Assembly: GCA_905200645.1 (NCBI GenBank)
Contig: CAJKLD010000002.1
Span: 24,917-88,916 of the forward strand
DNA length: 64,000 bases
Source: an uncultured Phascolarctobacterium sp.
GTDB taxonomy: Bacteria > Bacillota > Negativicutes > Acidaminococcales > Acidaminococcaceae
Direction of reading: 5' to 3'
Part shown: piece by piece, positions 33,694 through 43,628 of the stretch
Layout: each line of letters begins with the position of its first letter
How positions within the stretch are numbered: position 1 is the first letter of the stretch
Notes under the pieces: generated by a model
What the model saw: only the letters and a program-made list of their open reading frames with translations
Told to the model about the DNA's origin: nothing
Databases searched by the model: none
Program-made: the position numbers and the translations under genes

Positions 33694-35894
33694 AACGCCG
33701 CACCTCCTTGAGTATCTTCATTATCCGCTATCAAACCTGCGTAAACACCGCCTTGGGCCAACAGTTCTTCATGCCGGCCGCGTTCCACTGCCCGGCCATG
33801 GTCAATAACTATAATTTCGTCACAGTCGCGTATAGTGCTCAAACGGTGAGCTACCACAATACAGGTACAGCCTCTGCGTCTGATATTTTCCATTACTTCC
33901 AGTTCTGTCAAGGGGTCTAAAGCGCTGGTAGCTTCGTCCAGCACCAAAATAGAGGGATTGACTGCCAGCGCGCGGGCAATTTCCAAGCGCTGACGCTGAC
34001 CGCCGCTGAAATTAAATCCGCCCTCGCCCACATGATGCTCGTAACCGCCGTCTAAGCGCAAAATATCATCATGGATGCACGCATCCTTAGCGGCGCGGAT
34101 AACGTCACTGCGGCGGATGGAGCTATCAAACAAGGTCAAATTTTCTTCAATAGTTCCCGACAGCAAAAAAATATCCTGGTCAACAGCGGCAAGAGAATTG
34201 CATAACACCTCGTGAGGAATCTTCTCTCTGGCGTAACCGTCAAACAGCACTTGTCCGCTCCACTCTTTATAAATGCCCGTTATCAGCTTAGCGATAGTTG
34301 ATTTGCCGCTGCCGCTGCCGCCAACCAGCGCCACCCAGGCTCCCGGCTCTAAATGCAAATCAAAATTATTTACTAAGGGCTTCGCCAAAACGCTATAACC
34401 AAAAGCGATATTGCGCAGCTCTACCTCACCCCATAGTCTGTCTCTGCCGATGGAAGCAGGCTGCTGCTCGGGATAATTCAAGCTGTCGCGATTATAACGC
34501 ATAACGTCATCCAAACGCTTCATCTGCATTTCTGTATTTTGCAGCGTATCCGCCAAGCCTAAAAGCTTGTTAAAGGGCTCCTGAAAATTTCCCATCAAGC
34601 CCTGAAAAGCTACAAAAATACCGGCTGTCATAGCGCCGTCCATAATGGAAAAACCGCCGACAGTCATAATCAACGCAGAATTGATACCGCCTAAAAGCAA
34701 CGGCAGCATTTGTACCGACATATTATATAAAGCCATTTTTTGGCTGCCGTCCAGCACGCGGCTGCGATAGCCCACCCATTTCGCAAAAAATTCGTCCTCT
34801 GTGCCGTTGGCTTTTAAGGTTTCCATCATCTGCAGGCCATTCATAGCTACGCCATATTCTTTGGCAGCATCCTGCTGTACCTTCATGGCCATTTCCAAAA
34901 GATGCGGTCTTACAATAAAAAACACCAAAACACTGATTAAACTGAAGCCTACGCCAATAATGGTCAGCACTACATTATAATGTAATAATAACACCAAAAA
35001 GAACAGCGCTATAAAAAAATCCAATACAGCCGTAGCCGCCGAGCCGGTAAGCACCTCCGCTACGGTTTCAACATAGCTTACGCGGGAAGCAACCTCGCTG
35101 CTAAAACGCTGTTGAAAAAAATCCATGGGCAGTCTAAGCAAATGCCAAAAAAATCGCGAGGACTCAGCAATAGTTAAGCGTGCCTGCCATTTAGTCAAGC
35201 ACCAGCAGCGCAGCCACACTAACAGCGCTTCAATGACAAAAACCACCAGCATCAGCAGCGTTACGTCTGTCATCCATTCCTTATGCTTACCCGACAAAAT
35301 ATCATCTAAAAACACCTGCGTAAATACAGGCTGCGCCAGCTGCGGTACAATCAAAAACAGGCAGATAAGCATCACAAAAAGAGCAGGCAGCTCTTCGCCT
35401 TTAAGACGTTTTATAACTTCCTTGTAAATGCTGTATTTTTCTCCGCTGGGCTGAAAATTTTCGGTCGGAGTTATTTCTAAGGCTATGCCGGTATAGCTGC
35501 CATAAAAGCTTGCAAAAGATATACGGCGGTGTCCCACTGCCGGGTCATTAATGTAAACCGTATCTCCCTTGATACCTTCTAAAACCACAAAATGATTAAA
35601 CTCCCAGTGTATCAGCATGGGATAAGCTGCGTCGCGCAAGGCTTCCGCCGGATAACGATAGCCGTTGGCATTAAATCCCCAGCGGCGCGCAGCCTTAACA
35701 ATATTCGCCGCCGAAACGCCGTCGCGGTTGACACCGCACTCCTGCCGCAGCTTTTCCAGCGGCAGCCACAAACCGTAATAGGCAAAGATCATGCACAAAG
35801 AGGCAGCGCCGCATTCCACTGCTTCCATTTGCAGTACGGTCGGCGTTTTTACACGCTTTCCTTCTGCTTGCTTAAAAATATTATCCATTTTCAA
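33690..35894 (-). CDS. peptidase-C39-domain ABC exporter (bacteriocin/microcin processing-secretion ATPase)
   Basis: 734 aa. N-terminal C39 domain with catalytic Cys in QMEAVECGAASLCMIFAYYG and His in HFVVL. The TMD and NBD follow (GGSGSGKST, SGGQRQR, LVLDEATSALD). Confidence 0.9.
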   Translation of the reverse strand: MKMDNIFKQAEGKRVKTPTVLQMEAVECGAASLCMIFAYYGLWLPLEKLRQECGVNRDGVSAANIVKAARRWGFNANGYRYPAEALRDAAYPMLIHWEFNHFVVLEGIKGDTVYINDPAVGHRRISFASFYGSYTGIALEITPTENFQPSGEKYSIYKEVIKRLKGEELPALFVMLICLFLIVPQLAQPVFTQVFLDDILSGKHKEWMTDVTLLMLVVFVIEALLVWLRCWCLTKWQARLTIAESSRFFWHLLRLPMDFFQQRFSSEVASRVSYVETVAEVLTGSAATAVLDFFIALFFLVLLLHYNVVLTIIGVGFSLISVLVFFIVRPHLLEMAMKVQQDAAKEYGVAMNGLQMMETLKANGTEDEFFAKWVGYRSRVLDGSQKMALYNMSVQMLPLLLGGINSALIMTVGGFSIMDGAMTAGIFVAFQGLMGNFQEPFNKLLGLADTLQNTEMQMKRLDDVMRYNRDSLNYPEQQPASIGRDRLWGEVELRNIAFGYSVLAKPLVNNFDLHLEPGAWVALVGGSGSGKSTIAKLITGIYKEWSGQVLFDGYAREKIPHEVLCNSLAAVDQDIFLLSGTIEENLTLFDSSIRRSDVIRAAKDACIHDDILRLDGGYEHHVGEGGFNFSGGQRQRLEIARALAVNPSILVLDEATSALDPLTELEVMENIRRRGCTCIVVAHRLSTIRDCDEIIVIDHGRAVERGRHEELLAQGGVYAGLIADNEDTQGGAAL

Positions 35895-35898
35895 CGCC

Positions 35899-36858
35899 TC
35901 ATCTGCTTCTCAGCCAATGACTAAGCTTGTAAAAAACCTTTTCAATCGGCGGCTTACGGTCCACCACTACAAAACCGCTGCATACGCTGCCGGAAGTTAT
36001 TTTTTTATGCTCCCCCAAACGAGAGGTCCACAAAAAACCGGATTTAGATTTAGGGTCTTTTACTAACTCAAAGGTTACCTCGCTGACAGCTCCATCATTT
36101 TTTGCCAGCAGCCACTGCACCAGCTGCTGATTGCCCAGCTTGTTAATCATGCCTTCGGCGGAAGCCGGATAGCGTGATACTGAGCGCACTACAGCCACCA
36201 TGCTGCCGTTTTCGCCGGCATTGCTGCCATTGGGCGAAACCTGCATAGTCATACCGGGAATAATGCGCTTGCCATCCATAACCGGAACATACAGCACGCC
36301 CTGCAAATCATCGCGACCCTCGTCACGGCGCAAGGTACAAATCGTTCCGCCAGCCGATAAAATTGCTTCGGGCATCACCAACACCTCGTCTACAATACCG
36401 TCGTAGCCGCTGACAATAATTTCGCTGATATTTTGCTGATAACGCTTGGCATCATAATTAGCGGCGCTGTTGACAGCCTCGCGCTCATTTTCTGCCAAAA
36501 ACATACCGGAGCGGGCAATTTTACTTTCTACATCCTGCGAAGGCTGCTCCAACGTAGCGATAACGTCGCCCTTGCGCACCTGCGTGCCGGGGGCAACCAA
36601 CACGCGCTCCACCTTGCCGCCGACCACGGACGAAACGTTAGCTACGCCGCCTGCGTCCAGCAATATTCCCGTTCCTTCCACTTTATCTATAATCGCGCCG
36701 AAAATTGACCACATTAACAGGGAAAAAATCATGATGCCCAAAGCAGCCAAGCCTATCCAGCTGATAGGCGTAGTTACCTGCAGCAGCTTATCGATATTTT
36801 CCGGACTGCGCTGCTTATCCATAGCCGCCTTACTGAAAATATCTTTATTTTGCGCCAT
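35899..36858 (-). CDS. HlyD-family secretion adaptor (short, biotin-lipoyl-like type; NHLM-system-like)
   Basis: 319 aa. N-terminal TM anchor and a lipoyl-like motif VVGGKVERVLVAPGTQVRKGDVIATL. The long coiled coil of classic HlyD is absent. Confidence 0.7.
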   Translation of the reverse strand: MAQNKDIFSKAAMDKQRSPENIDKLLQVTTPISWIGLAALGIMIFSLLMWSIFGAIIDKVEGTGILLDAGGVANVSSVVGGKVERVLVAPGTQVRKGDVIATLEQPSQDVESKIARSGMFLAENEREAVNSAANYDAKRYQQNISEIIVSGYDGIVDEVLVMPEAILSAGGTICTLRRDEGRDDLQGVLYVPVMDGKRIIPGMTMQVSPNGSNAGENGSMVAVVRSVSRYPASAEGMINKLGNQQLVQWLLAKNDGAVSEVTFELVKDPKSKSGFLWTSRLGEHKKITSGSVCSGFVVVDRKPPIEKVFYKLSHWLRSR

Positions 36859-38041
36859 CAGAAATCCCCCCTTCTATGCTGATTTCGGCCTTCATGCCGC
36901 TTGCCAGGCCTTCTCTGCCGGATACTACTACTATTTCGCCAAGCTGTATACCGCTTTGCACCTCGGTATAACTGCCGTCGGACGCGCCAATAATTACCTT
37001 GCGCTCCGCCAATTTGCCGTCAGAAGTCCACACAAAAACACTGGAACGCTTAGCATCCACTGCCTTGGCAGGCACCGCCAGCACTCTGCGTTCGGCAGTT
37101 TCCTGAAAACGAACCTGCTGATAACGTTTTGGCTCCAAAAGACCGGAGCTGTTGTCAACCTCCCAGCTTACGCTGCGCAATGAAGCCGCTTGTCCCACAG
37201 GCGGTTCTACCTTGACAATATGCGCGTTAAAGGTTTGCGCGTAACCGCGGTTACTGCCGCCATAGCTGCCGCTGTAAATTTTTTCCAAATCTCCCTGTTC
37301 AACAGAAAGCTCCCATTCCTTACCGATAGGCAGCAAGCTCTGAAAATCATCCTCGCTGATGGTTTCTGTAAAACGCAGCTTGGTAAAATTACCAATCAAC
37401 GCCACGGAAGTCCCGGCCTGTAAAAAAGCTCCTTCTTTTTTATAAAGCATCAGCACTTCACCGTCAAGCGGCGCCGTTACTGTTAATCGGTCACGCAAGA
37501 GCTCGTATTGCTGCTTTTCCAGGCGCAGAGTTTCCAGCTCTGCCATAGCAGATTTATGCTGGGTTTCTATATCCTCATACTGCTCCAAAGAAACTGCACC
37601 TAAGCCGATAAGCCGCTGATAGCGGGACAGTGAATTGGCATAACGCGCCGCCACCGTCTGCGCCTTGGCAATATTTACGTCCGCCTGCACAATTTTCATA
37701 TCAATATCTTCATTAACCACATGGCAGATGGGCTGTCCCTTGACAACCCTGGCGTTGGGCTGCACGTAGATTTTCTCTAGGGTTCCTTCTAAGCGGGAAA
37801 CTGCATCCGTCATATTTTCGGCCTCCATGCGCACATCCTTGCGCTCAAAGCCGCCGCGCAAAGCGCGTATTTCCGCCTTGGCGCCCACTAATCTGATGAT
37901 GCGGTTGGACAATCTCGCCGCAATATTTCCTTCATCTGTATAATTTAAAAACGTTCCGTAGCCAACTAACAGCAGCATCATGGCAATAACGACAGCTACA
38001 GCGATAAAAAATATCTTTTTCACCAAAAGTACCTCCAGCAA
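36845..38041 (-). CDS. HlyD-family membrane-fusion/secretion adaptor
   Basis: 398 aa. N-terminal TM anchor, lipoyl-like hairpin (VVKGQPICHV), coiled-coil segment, and C-terminal beta-barrel domain. The gene overlaps the downstream adaptor gene by 14 nt. Confidence 0.75.
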   Translation of the reverse strand: MLEVLLVKKIFFIAVAVVIAMMLLLVGYGTFLNYTDEGNIAARLSNRIIRLVGAKAEIRALRGGFERKDVRMEAENMTDAVSRLEGTLEKIYVQPNARVVKGQPICHVVNEDIDMKIVQADVNIAKAQTVAARYANSLSRYQRLIGLGAVSLEQYEDIETQHKSAMAELETLRLEKQQYELLRDRLTVTAPLDGEVLMLYKKEGAFLQAGTSVALIGNFTKLRFTETISEDDFQSLLPIGKEWELSVEQGDLEKIYSGSYGGSNRGYAQTFNAHIVKVEPPVGQAASLRSVSWEVDNSSGLLEPKRYQQVRFQETAERRVLAVPAKAVDAKRSSVFVWTSDGKLAERKVIIGASDGSYTEVQSGIQLGEIVVVSGREGLASGMKAEISIEGGISDGAK

Positions 38042-38212
38042 TATAAAATAAGTCTATTTTGCCTATTATAATTTTAATTATAAACTAAAAGACAACAAAT
38101 TACTACTTTATTCTTGGTAATGCTGTGACAAGCGCCTCTAAACTCTGCGTTGTGTAAAAAGCAGCGATAGAAAAATTTTTGCACATAACTTGCTGCCACC
38201 AAACGCAAAATA

Positions 38213-38260
38213 GTTACAAAAAAAGCGGACGCTCACAAGCGTCCGCCAAAAAAGATTTTT
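38213..38260 (-). terminator. intrinsic terminator after Mrp-like operon
   Basis: Hairpin GCGGACGC-tcacaa-GCGTCCGC with flanking A-run and T-run. Confidence 0.65.
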
Positions 38261-40008
38261 TACATTGTAGCAATAAAATATGCAATACTGCTTACCAAAA
38301 CCGTCAGCGTAATCATCATCGGGTCGGCAATAGAGGTACGATAGTTCTCCGGATTGTAATGGTTGCGTTTACGAAAGGGTTTCGCATCCAAGAAATCCAT
38401 GGGATTAGACGTTAAATCCATAAACTTTTCATACAGAACCTGCCATGCGTTGCCCAAGCCGTTGCACAGTGCGCACAGCAATGCGCTCAGTCTGCCAATC
38501 AGCAGAGCAAAGGGTCCGCGATAGAACCAATCCGTATCCAGGCTGATGGCAGTGTGCGGTTCCATTTTATTGAGGTACATCATAAACGGAATCATAGCCA
38601 TACCCAGCATTTGTACAGGCTGCAATAAATGCGGCGCGGTAAACGGCTGGTAGGGAGTCATCTCAAAGGGCAGATGACTGTACAGCAAATCCGGACATAC
38701 GCCGTAAAGGAAGCACAGGAAACCGCTGATGCTCATAGCAATTTTCATATTGATAGGCAGCGGCTTGATAATCTCTGCGCCTTTATCGTCCTTGCGCAGA
38801 AAAATAAAGTAACCCATTTTTAAAGGAATTGATAAAAACGTACCGATAGCAGCCAGCTCCAGTAAAGTGAATACCATGGGCAGACCGGCAGCCGCAGCAG
38901 CGTTTACCGTAATATTTTTACTGATAAAGCCGTTGAACAGCGGAATACCGGCGATAGAAAACGCAGCCGAGAAGAAGCATACAGCAACCAGCGGCAGCTT
39001 TTTCGCCATGCCTCCAACCTTGTTTATATGCTTAATGCCCGTAGCATAAATTACTGCGCCGGCGCACATAAAGAGCAAGGATTTAAAAAGAATATCGCAG
39101 AAGGCATGAGCGGTAGCACCGTTCATAGACATAGCAGTGCCAATACCTGCGCCGGCAACCATAAAGCCGGTCTGGGAAATAATATGGTGCGCCAAAAGCT
39201 TACGCATATCGTTTTCCATAATCGCATAGCATGCGCCATACAAAGCCATAAGCACGCCGCCCCAAATTAACAGCTCGGTACCTGCAAAAACTCTGATTAA
39301 GGCGTAGACAGCAACCTTAGTAGTCAAACAGCTCATAAACACGCCGCCAGTAAGAGTGGAGTTAGAATAAGCGTCTACCAGCCAAGCGTTGACCGGAGGC
39401 ATAGCCACGTTGACGCACATACCCAACATGACAAACCAATAGGCCCAATCGTGAGGTCTGTTGGTAAAGCTGTGCATCATTAAATCACCGTTGCCTGTAT
39501 ACCAGGTTACAAAAATACCTGCCAGCAGAACGCCTCCGCCCAACATATGCACCAGCATATAGCGGAAGCCTGCACGGCGCGCTTCGTGAGTAGGATTACA
39601 CCATACCAAAAACAAAGAAGTAATAGCCAAAGATTCCCAAAAGAAAATGAAGGTCAGCCAATCCTTAGCTAAGCAGACACAGATTGCTCCGCCTGCATAA
39701 GCCATGGAACAAAGCGCTTCCATGCGATTGGGATTGTGAGCAGCATAAATACCGCTTACTAAAGCCAATACGGAAAAGATAAAGGCAAAAATCCACGCCA
39801 ATTTATCAACATACATAATATGCAGCTGTAAATCATGAACGAAAGGCAGAGTAACCTCCGTTCCCAAGGGCAGATTATATGCCGCAGCGACGGCAGCCAG
39901 CGGTCCTAAAGCCAGGACAAATTTTCTGATTACCTTAGGAGCAAGCATTGCTAAAATGCCTACTGCCCACAAAATCAGACCGGGATGAAGCATTAACTCA
40001 TTCATCAA
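38260..40008 (-). CDS. NuoL/MrpA-MrpD-like proton-conducting antiporter subunit (582 aa)
   Basis: 14-plus TM helices. Complex-I antiporter-like (proton_antipo_M) fold. Last gene of the Mrp-like cluster. Confidence 0.7.
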   Translation of the reverse strand: MMNELMLHPGLILWAVGILAMLAPKVIRKFVLALGPLAAVAAAYNLPLGTEVTLPFVHDLQLHIMYVDKLAWIFAFIFSVLALVSGIYAAHNPNRMEALCSMAYAGGAICVCLAKDWLTFIFFWESLAITSLFLVWCNPTHEARRAGFRYMLVHMLGGGVLLAGIFVTWYTGNGDLMMHSFTNRPHDWAYWFVMLGMCVNVAMPPVNAWLVDAYSNSTLTGGVFMSCLTTKVAVYALIRVFAGTELLIWGGVLMALYGACYAIMENDMRKLLAHHIISQTGFMVAGAGIGTAMSMNGATAHAFCDILFKSLLFMCAGAVIYATGIKHINKVGGMAKKLPLVAVCFFSAAFSIAGIPLFNGFISKNITVNAAAAAGLPMVFTLLELAAIGTFLSIPLKMGYFIFLRKDDKGAEIIKPLPINMKIAMSISGFLCFLYGVCPDLLYSHLPFEMTPYQPFTAPHLLQPVQMLGMAMIPFMMYLNKMEPHTAISLDTDWFYRGPFALLIGRLSALLCALCNGLGNAWQVLYEKFMDLTSNPMDFLDAKPFRKRNHYNPENYRTSIADPMMITLTVLVSSIAYFIATM

Positions 40009-40283
40009 TCATCACCTCTGCCATCTTCATCAAAATCATCATCGTAATAATCCTTATCACGCTGCAATAGCGGCGCCATAATCATTTTAGAAACGATAAT
40101 CAAAACCCAAGCACCCACAAAGCCAAAGAAAATATCGTAGCCAAAGGGCAGTGGCCACCAAGACGCAGCGTGCATATGTACGCCGGCGATTTCGGCAGCG
40201 GCCGCCAGCACCAAAACTACAGCTACAAGCATATAGACTGTTTTCTTAGTCATTAAAGCCACCCCCCGTGCCAGCCTGCGCAA
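40005..40283 (-). CDS. small membrane protein with acidic C-terminal tail (92 aa)
   Basis: Two predicted TM helices and the tail DKDYYDDDFDEDGRGDD. The gene overlaps its neighbours by 4 nt and about 30 nt inside the Mrp-like operon. Confidence 0.45.
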   Translation of the reverse strand: MRRLARGVALMTKKTVYMLVAVVLVLAAAAEIAGVHMHAASWWPLPFGYDIFFGFVGAWVLIIVSKMIMAPLLQRDKDYYDDDFDEDGRGDD

Positions 40284-41758
40284 ACTGCGTTAGAGGCCAT
40301 AGTCGCCAATTTGTAAAAATGCGGATACACATCTGGAAAACAACCAAGCACAATGGCTATTAAGGTTGTAATACAGATAGGAATCAGCATAGCGTAGCTG
40401 ATTTCACCGTAGGAACGGAATTTCTCCTGCGGGTCCTTTACGAAAAAGGCCATCTGCGAAACAGGAATTAAATATGCCGCAGCAAGCAGACCGCTGGCTA
40501 CCCAAAGCAGCACATACAAGGGCTTGCCGGCCTGCAACGCGCCTAAGCACAAATTCCATTTGCTGATAAAGCCTACTAAGAAAGGTACGCCTGCAATACC
40601 CAAGGACGCAATAGTGAAGCAGGCCATAGTTACCGGCAGCTTTTTACCAATACCATAAAGCTCGCTGATATTGTTGCGGTGAGTACGGGCGATTATCAAA
40701 CCCGCACACATAAAGAGGGTAATTTTCATTACAGCATGCGCCACTAAATGCAGATAGGCACCTTTAATACTGATAGGAGAAATCAGCGCTGCGCCTAAAA
40801 CAATGTAGGACAGCTGACCGATAGTAGAAAATGCCAGTCTGCGTTTTAAATGATCCTGGCGCAGAGCTATCAAGGAAGATACCAAAATACTGATGGCGGC
40901 AGCCCAAGCCAAAACGTCGGTTACGCCAATTTCTGCCAACAGCTTAGGTCCAAAAACGAAGCCGATAATACGCAGCACGGCGAAAACGCCGGTTTTAACA
41001 ACCGCAACCGCATGCAACAGTGCAGAAACCGGAGTCGGCGCAATCATTGCTGCGGGCAGCCAGCCATGCAGCGGCATGACAGCCGCCTTTACGGAACCTG
41101 CCAAAATCATCAGCACGAATACGGCCTGCAAAACCCATTTTGGAGCCATGCCCAAGGTTAAGAAACCGCCGGCAGTAAAGTCCATGGTACCGCTGATGCA
41201 GTAAACGGCAATCAAGCCTGCCAGGAAAAACTGACCGGAAATCAAGGTATAAATTAAATATTTACGACTTGCCATCAAGGCTTCCTGGTTACGTTTATGC
41301 AGTACCAAGGGATAGCTTGCCAAAGTCAGCAGTTCATAAAAGATAAAGAAGGTCAACAGATTAGAGGCCATGGCAATGCCCATAACGGCGCTCATGCACA
41401 CGGCGAATGCTGCAAAATAACCTGTCTGCTCGCGCTCCTGGTTGCAGCGCATATAGCCTATGGAATAAAAGTTCATAGGTACCCACAGCATGGAAGCCAG
41501 CACAGCAAAAATCATACCTGCCGGATCTGTGCGCAGTGTTAAGCCTACGGTATCAGTAATTTGGCACAAGGTCCATTGATATACATTACCGTCCAACACT
41601 GCAGGCAGCATGGAAAGGATAATTCCAAATTTCAAAACGGAAGCAATAACGCTCCATGTCTCACGCAAATTAGGCCAACGTCTGCTGAAAGCAATCAGCA
41701 CAGCAGCAATAAAGGAAACTCCTACTGCCAGAAATGGTCTGCAATCTATAATCGTCAT
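40253..41758 (-). CDS. MrpD/NuoN-like antiporter subunit (501 aa)
   Basis: Polytopic, proton-conducting membrane transporter family. Confidence 0.7.
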   Translation of the reverse strand: MTIIDCRPFLAVGVSFIAAVLIAFSRRWPNLRETWSVIASVLKFGIILSMLPAVLDGNVYQWTLCQITDTVGLTLRTDPAGMIFAVLASMLWVPMNFYSIGYMRCNQEREQTGYFAAFAVCMSAVMGIAMASNLLTFFIFYELLTLASYPLVLHKRNQEALMASRKYLIYTLISGQFFLAGLIAVYCISGTMDFTAGGFLTLGMAPKWVLQAVFVLMILAGSVKAAVMPLHGWLPAAMIAPTPVSALLHAVAVVKTGVFAVLRIIGFVFGPKLLAEIGVTDVLAWAAAISILVSSLIALRQDHLKRRLAFSTIGQLSYIVLGAALISPISIKGAYLHLVAHAVMKITLFMCAGLIIARTHRNNISELYGIGKKLPVTMACFTIASLGIAGVPFLVGFISKWNLCLGALQAGKPLYVLLWVASGLLAAAYLIPVSQMAFFVKDPQEKFRSYGEISYAMLIPICITTLIAIVLGCFPDVYPHFYKLATMASNAVCAGWHGGWL

Positions 41759-43248
41759 CTCAGAAACACCTCCGGCAAGCCTAATTTAATGATATCCATA
41801 ACAATGTCCACACTGTAGAAGCCTAATACCAAAATGCCAATACCCATTACAAAAATCGGCAGCGCCATAGCGAATGGCAGTCCCAGCTTACCCTTGTGAG
41901 GGTGAACCTCCGTAAGCGAAGCTTCACGCTGCACAAACATCTGCTCAATGATACGGAAGAAGTAAATTGCATTTAAAAGAGAGCTGATTACCAGCACTGC
42001 AATGTAAAAATATTGCTGCCCGGTGTAAGCGCCCAGCATCAAATACCATTTACTGAAGAAACCGGCAGTGGGAGGCAGTCCAATCATAGAAAGCGCCGCC
42101 AGCGTTACAGTAATGGTGCTGATGGTCATTTTCTTATTCATGCCGCCCAAGCGATACAGATTAACTTCGCCGAAGCGATGCTCAATACCGCCGATAACCA
42201 GGAACAGGCTGCACTTCATAAAGGCGTGGTTGATAATGTGCAGCACAGCGCCGATAAAGCCGTACATATTTCCCATAGCCATACCGATGGCAATATAACC
42301 AATCTGCGCTACGGAAGAGTAAGCCAGCATACGACGGAAGTCATATTGAGCCATAGCCATGATGGAGCCAATCAAAATACCGGCTACGCCAAGAATGCCC
42401 AAAACGTTCAGCGCACTGTGCATTACGGGGCTGTCAACCTTAAAGATATAGTACATAAAACGAATCATGGCATAAGCCGGAGCCTTACTCATGCAGCCCG
42501 CAATAAAAGCAGCAGCGCCGGGATGCGCAAAGGTGTAAGCGTCCGGCTGCCAGCCATGCAGCGGGAACAGCGCCATTTTAATACCAAAGCCAATGATAAA
42601 GCAGGCAACGGCAATAGCAAAGAGCGGCGAATTAAGATGAGGCACAACTCTCTGCGCCAAATCTGCCATATTCAAGGTGCCGGTCAAAGCGTATAAATAA
42701 CCAACGCCCAATAAATACAAGGAAGCGCCGATAGTGCCGATAAGCAGATAACGGAAAGCCGCCAGCATAGATTTTTTGCCGCCCAAAGCAATCAAGCCAT
42801 AACCGGATAAGGACATGATTTCCAGATATACATACAAGTTAAATACGTCGCCGGTGATAATCATGCCGCACAAACCGACAGTCAAAAGACCAAACAAGGT
42901 ATAATAGCCGCCTACATGCAGCCAATCTTCCTCTTTAACGAAAGGTCTACTGTATAAAGCTACCATCATAGAAATAAAGGTTACTAAAACAGCCAAAACG
43001 CTGTTCAGAGGGTCTAAAGCAAATTCAATGCCGATAGGAGGCTGCCAGCCTCCCATCCAATAATGCCAGGTTTGGCCGCCGCTGGTGATAACCCTGTGCA
43101 GCACCGTGCAGGCGCTCAAGAATGCACCCACGATAGAAGCCATAACTATCCAAGCGCCAAGATCTCTCTTAATACGACTGAACAGCATACACAAAAGCGA
43201 AGCCGTCAAGGGCAAAAGTACAATGAAAATTGGAGCATGCTGTGTCAT
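41755..43248 (-). CDS. MrpD/NuoM-like antiporter subunit (497 aa)
   Basis: Polytopic, proton-conducting membrane transporter family. 4-nt overlaps with both neighbours. Confidence 0.7.
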   Translation of the reverse strand: MTQHAPIFIVLLPLTASLLCMLFSRIKRDLGAWIVMASIVGAFLSACTVLHRVITSGGQTWHYWMGGWQPPIGIEFALDPLNSVLAVLVTFISMMVALYSRPFVKEEDWLHVGGYYTLFGLLTVGLCGMIITGDVFNLYVYLEIMSLSGYGLIALGGKKSMLAAFRYLLIGTIGASLYLLGVGYLYALTGTLNMADLAQRVVPHLNSPLFAIAVACFIIGFGIKMALFPLHGWQPDAYTFAHPGAAAFIAGCMSKAPAYAMIRFMYYIFKVDSPVMHSALNVLGILGVAGILIGSIMAMAQYDFRRMLAYSSVAQIGYIAIGMAMGNMYGFIGAVLHIINHAFMKCSLFLVIGGIEHRFGEVNLYRLGGMNKKMTISTITVTLAALSMIGLPPTAGFFSKWYLMLGAYTGQQYFYIAVLVISSLLNAIYFFRIIEQMFVQREASLTEVHPHKGKLGLPFAMALPIFVMGIGILVLGFYSVDIVMDIIKLGLPEVFLR

Positions 43249-43628
43249 TTACTTGCCCTCCTCAATACCTCTACTTCTTCTACGGAGCCATAAATTTCTT
43301 TAATGCGCATTAACAGCGCAATAGCTACGCCGGTGGTACCAAGGCTGACTACAATAGCGGTCAGCATCAGACCATGAGGAAGCGGATTGATATAAGCGTT
43401 AGGATCGGTAGTAATACCGTTTTGAATAGGTATCATTGCTCCGTCCTTTTGAGCAAAGCACAGATAAAAATAAATAACTGCCACCTGCATAACGTTCATA
43501 GCCATCAGCTTTTTCATATAGTTTTTGCTTAAAACCATGCCGTAAACGCCTAAGAAAAAGAGGATCATCACTAAGGAATAGATGCCTTTAGTCTTTAAAA
43601 ACTCATTGAGCACTTCCATCATCTTCAC
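43245..43628 (-). CDS. MrpC/NuoK-like subunit (127 aa)
   Basis: Three TM helices. The size and position match MrpC/MbhG. Confidence 0.65.
   Translation of the reverse strand: MKMMEVLNEFLKTKGIYSLVMILFFLGVYGMVLSKNYMKKLMAMNVMQVAVIYFYLCFAQKDGAMIPIQNGITTDPNAYINPLPHGLMLTAIVVSLGTTGVAIALLMRIKEIYGSVEEVEVLRRASK

Noticed and set aside
36470-37183. 237-aa plus-strand ORF, and 42013-42696 (227 aa)
   Set aside because: They are antisense to the HlyD and MrpD-like genes, whose membrane-protein signatures are unambiguous on the minus strand.
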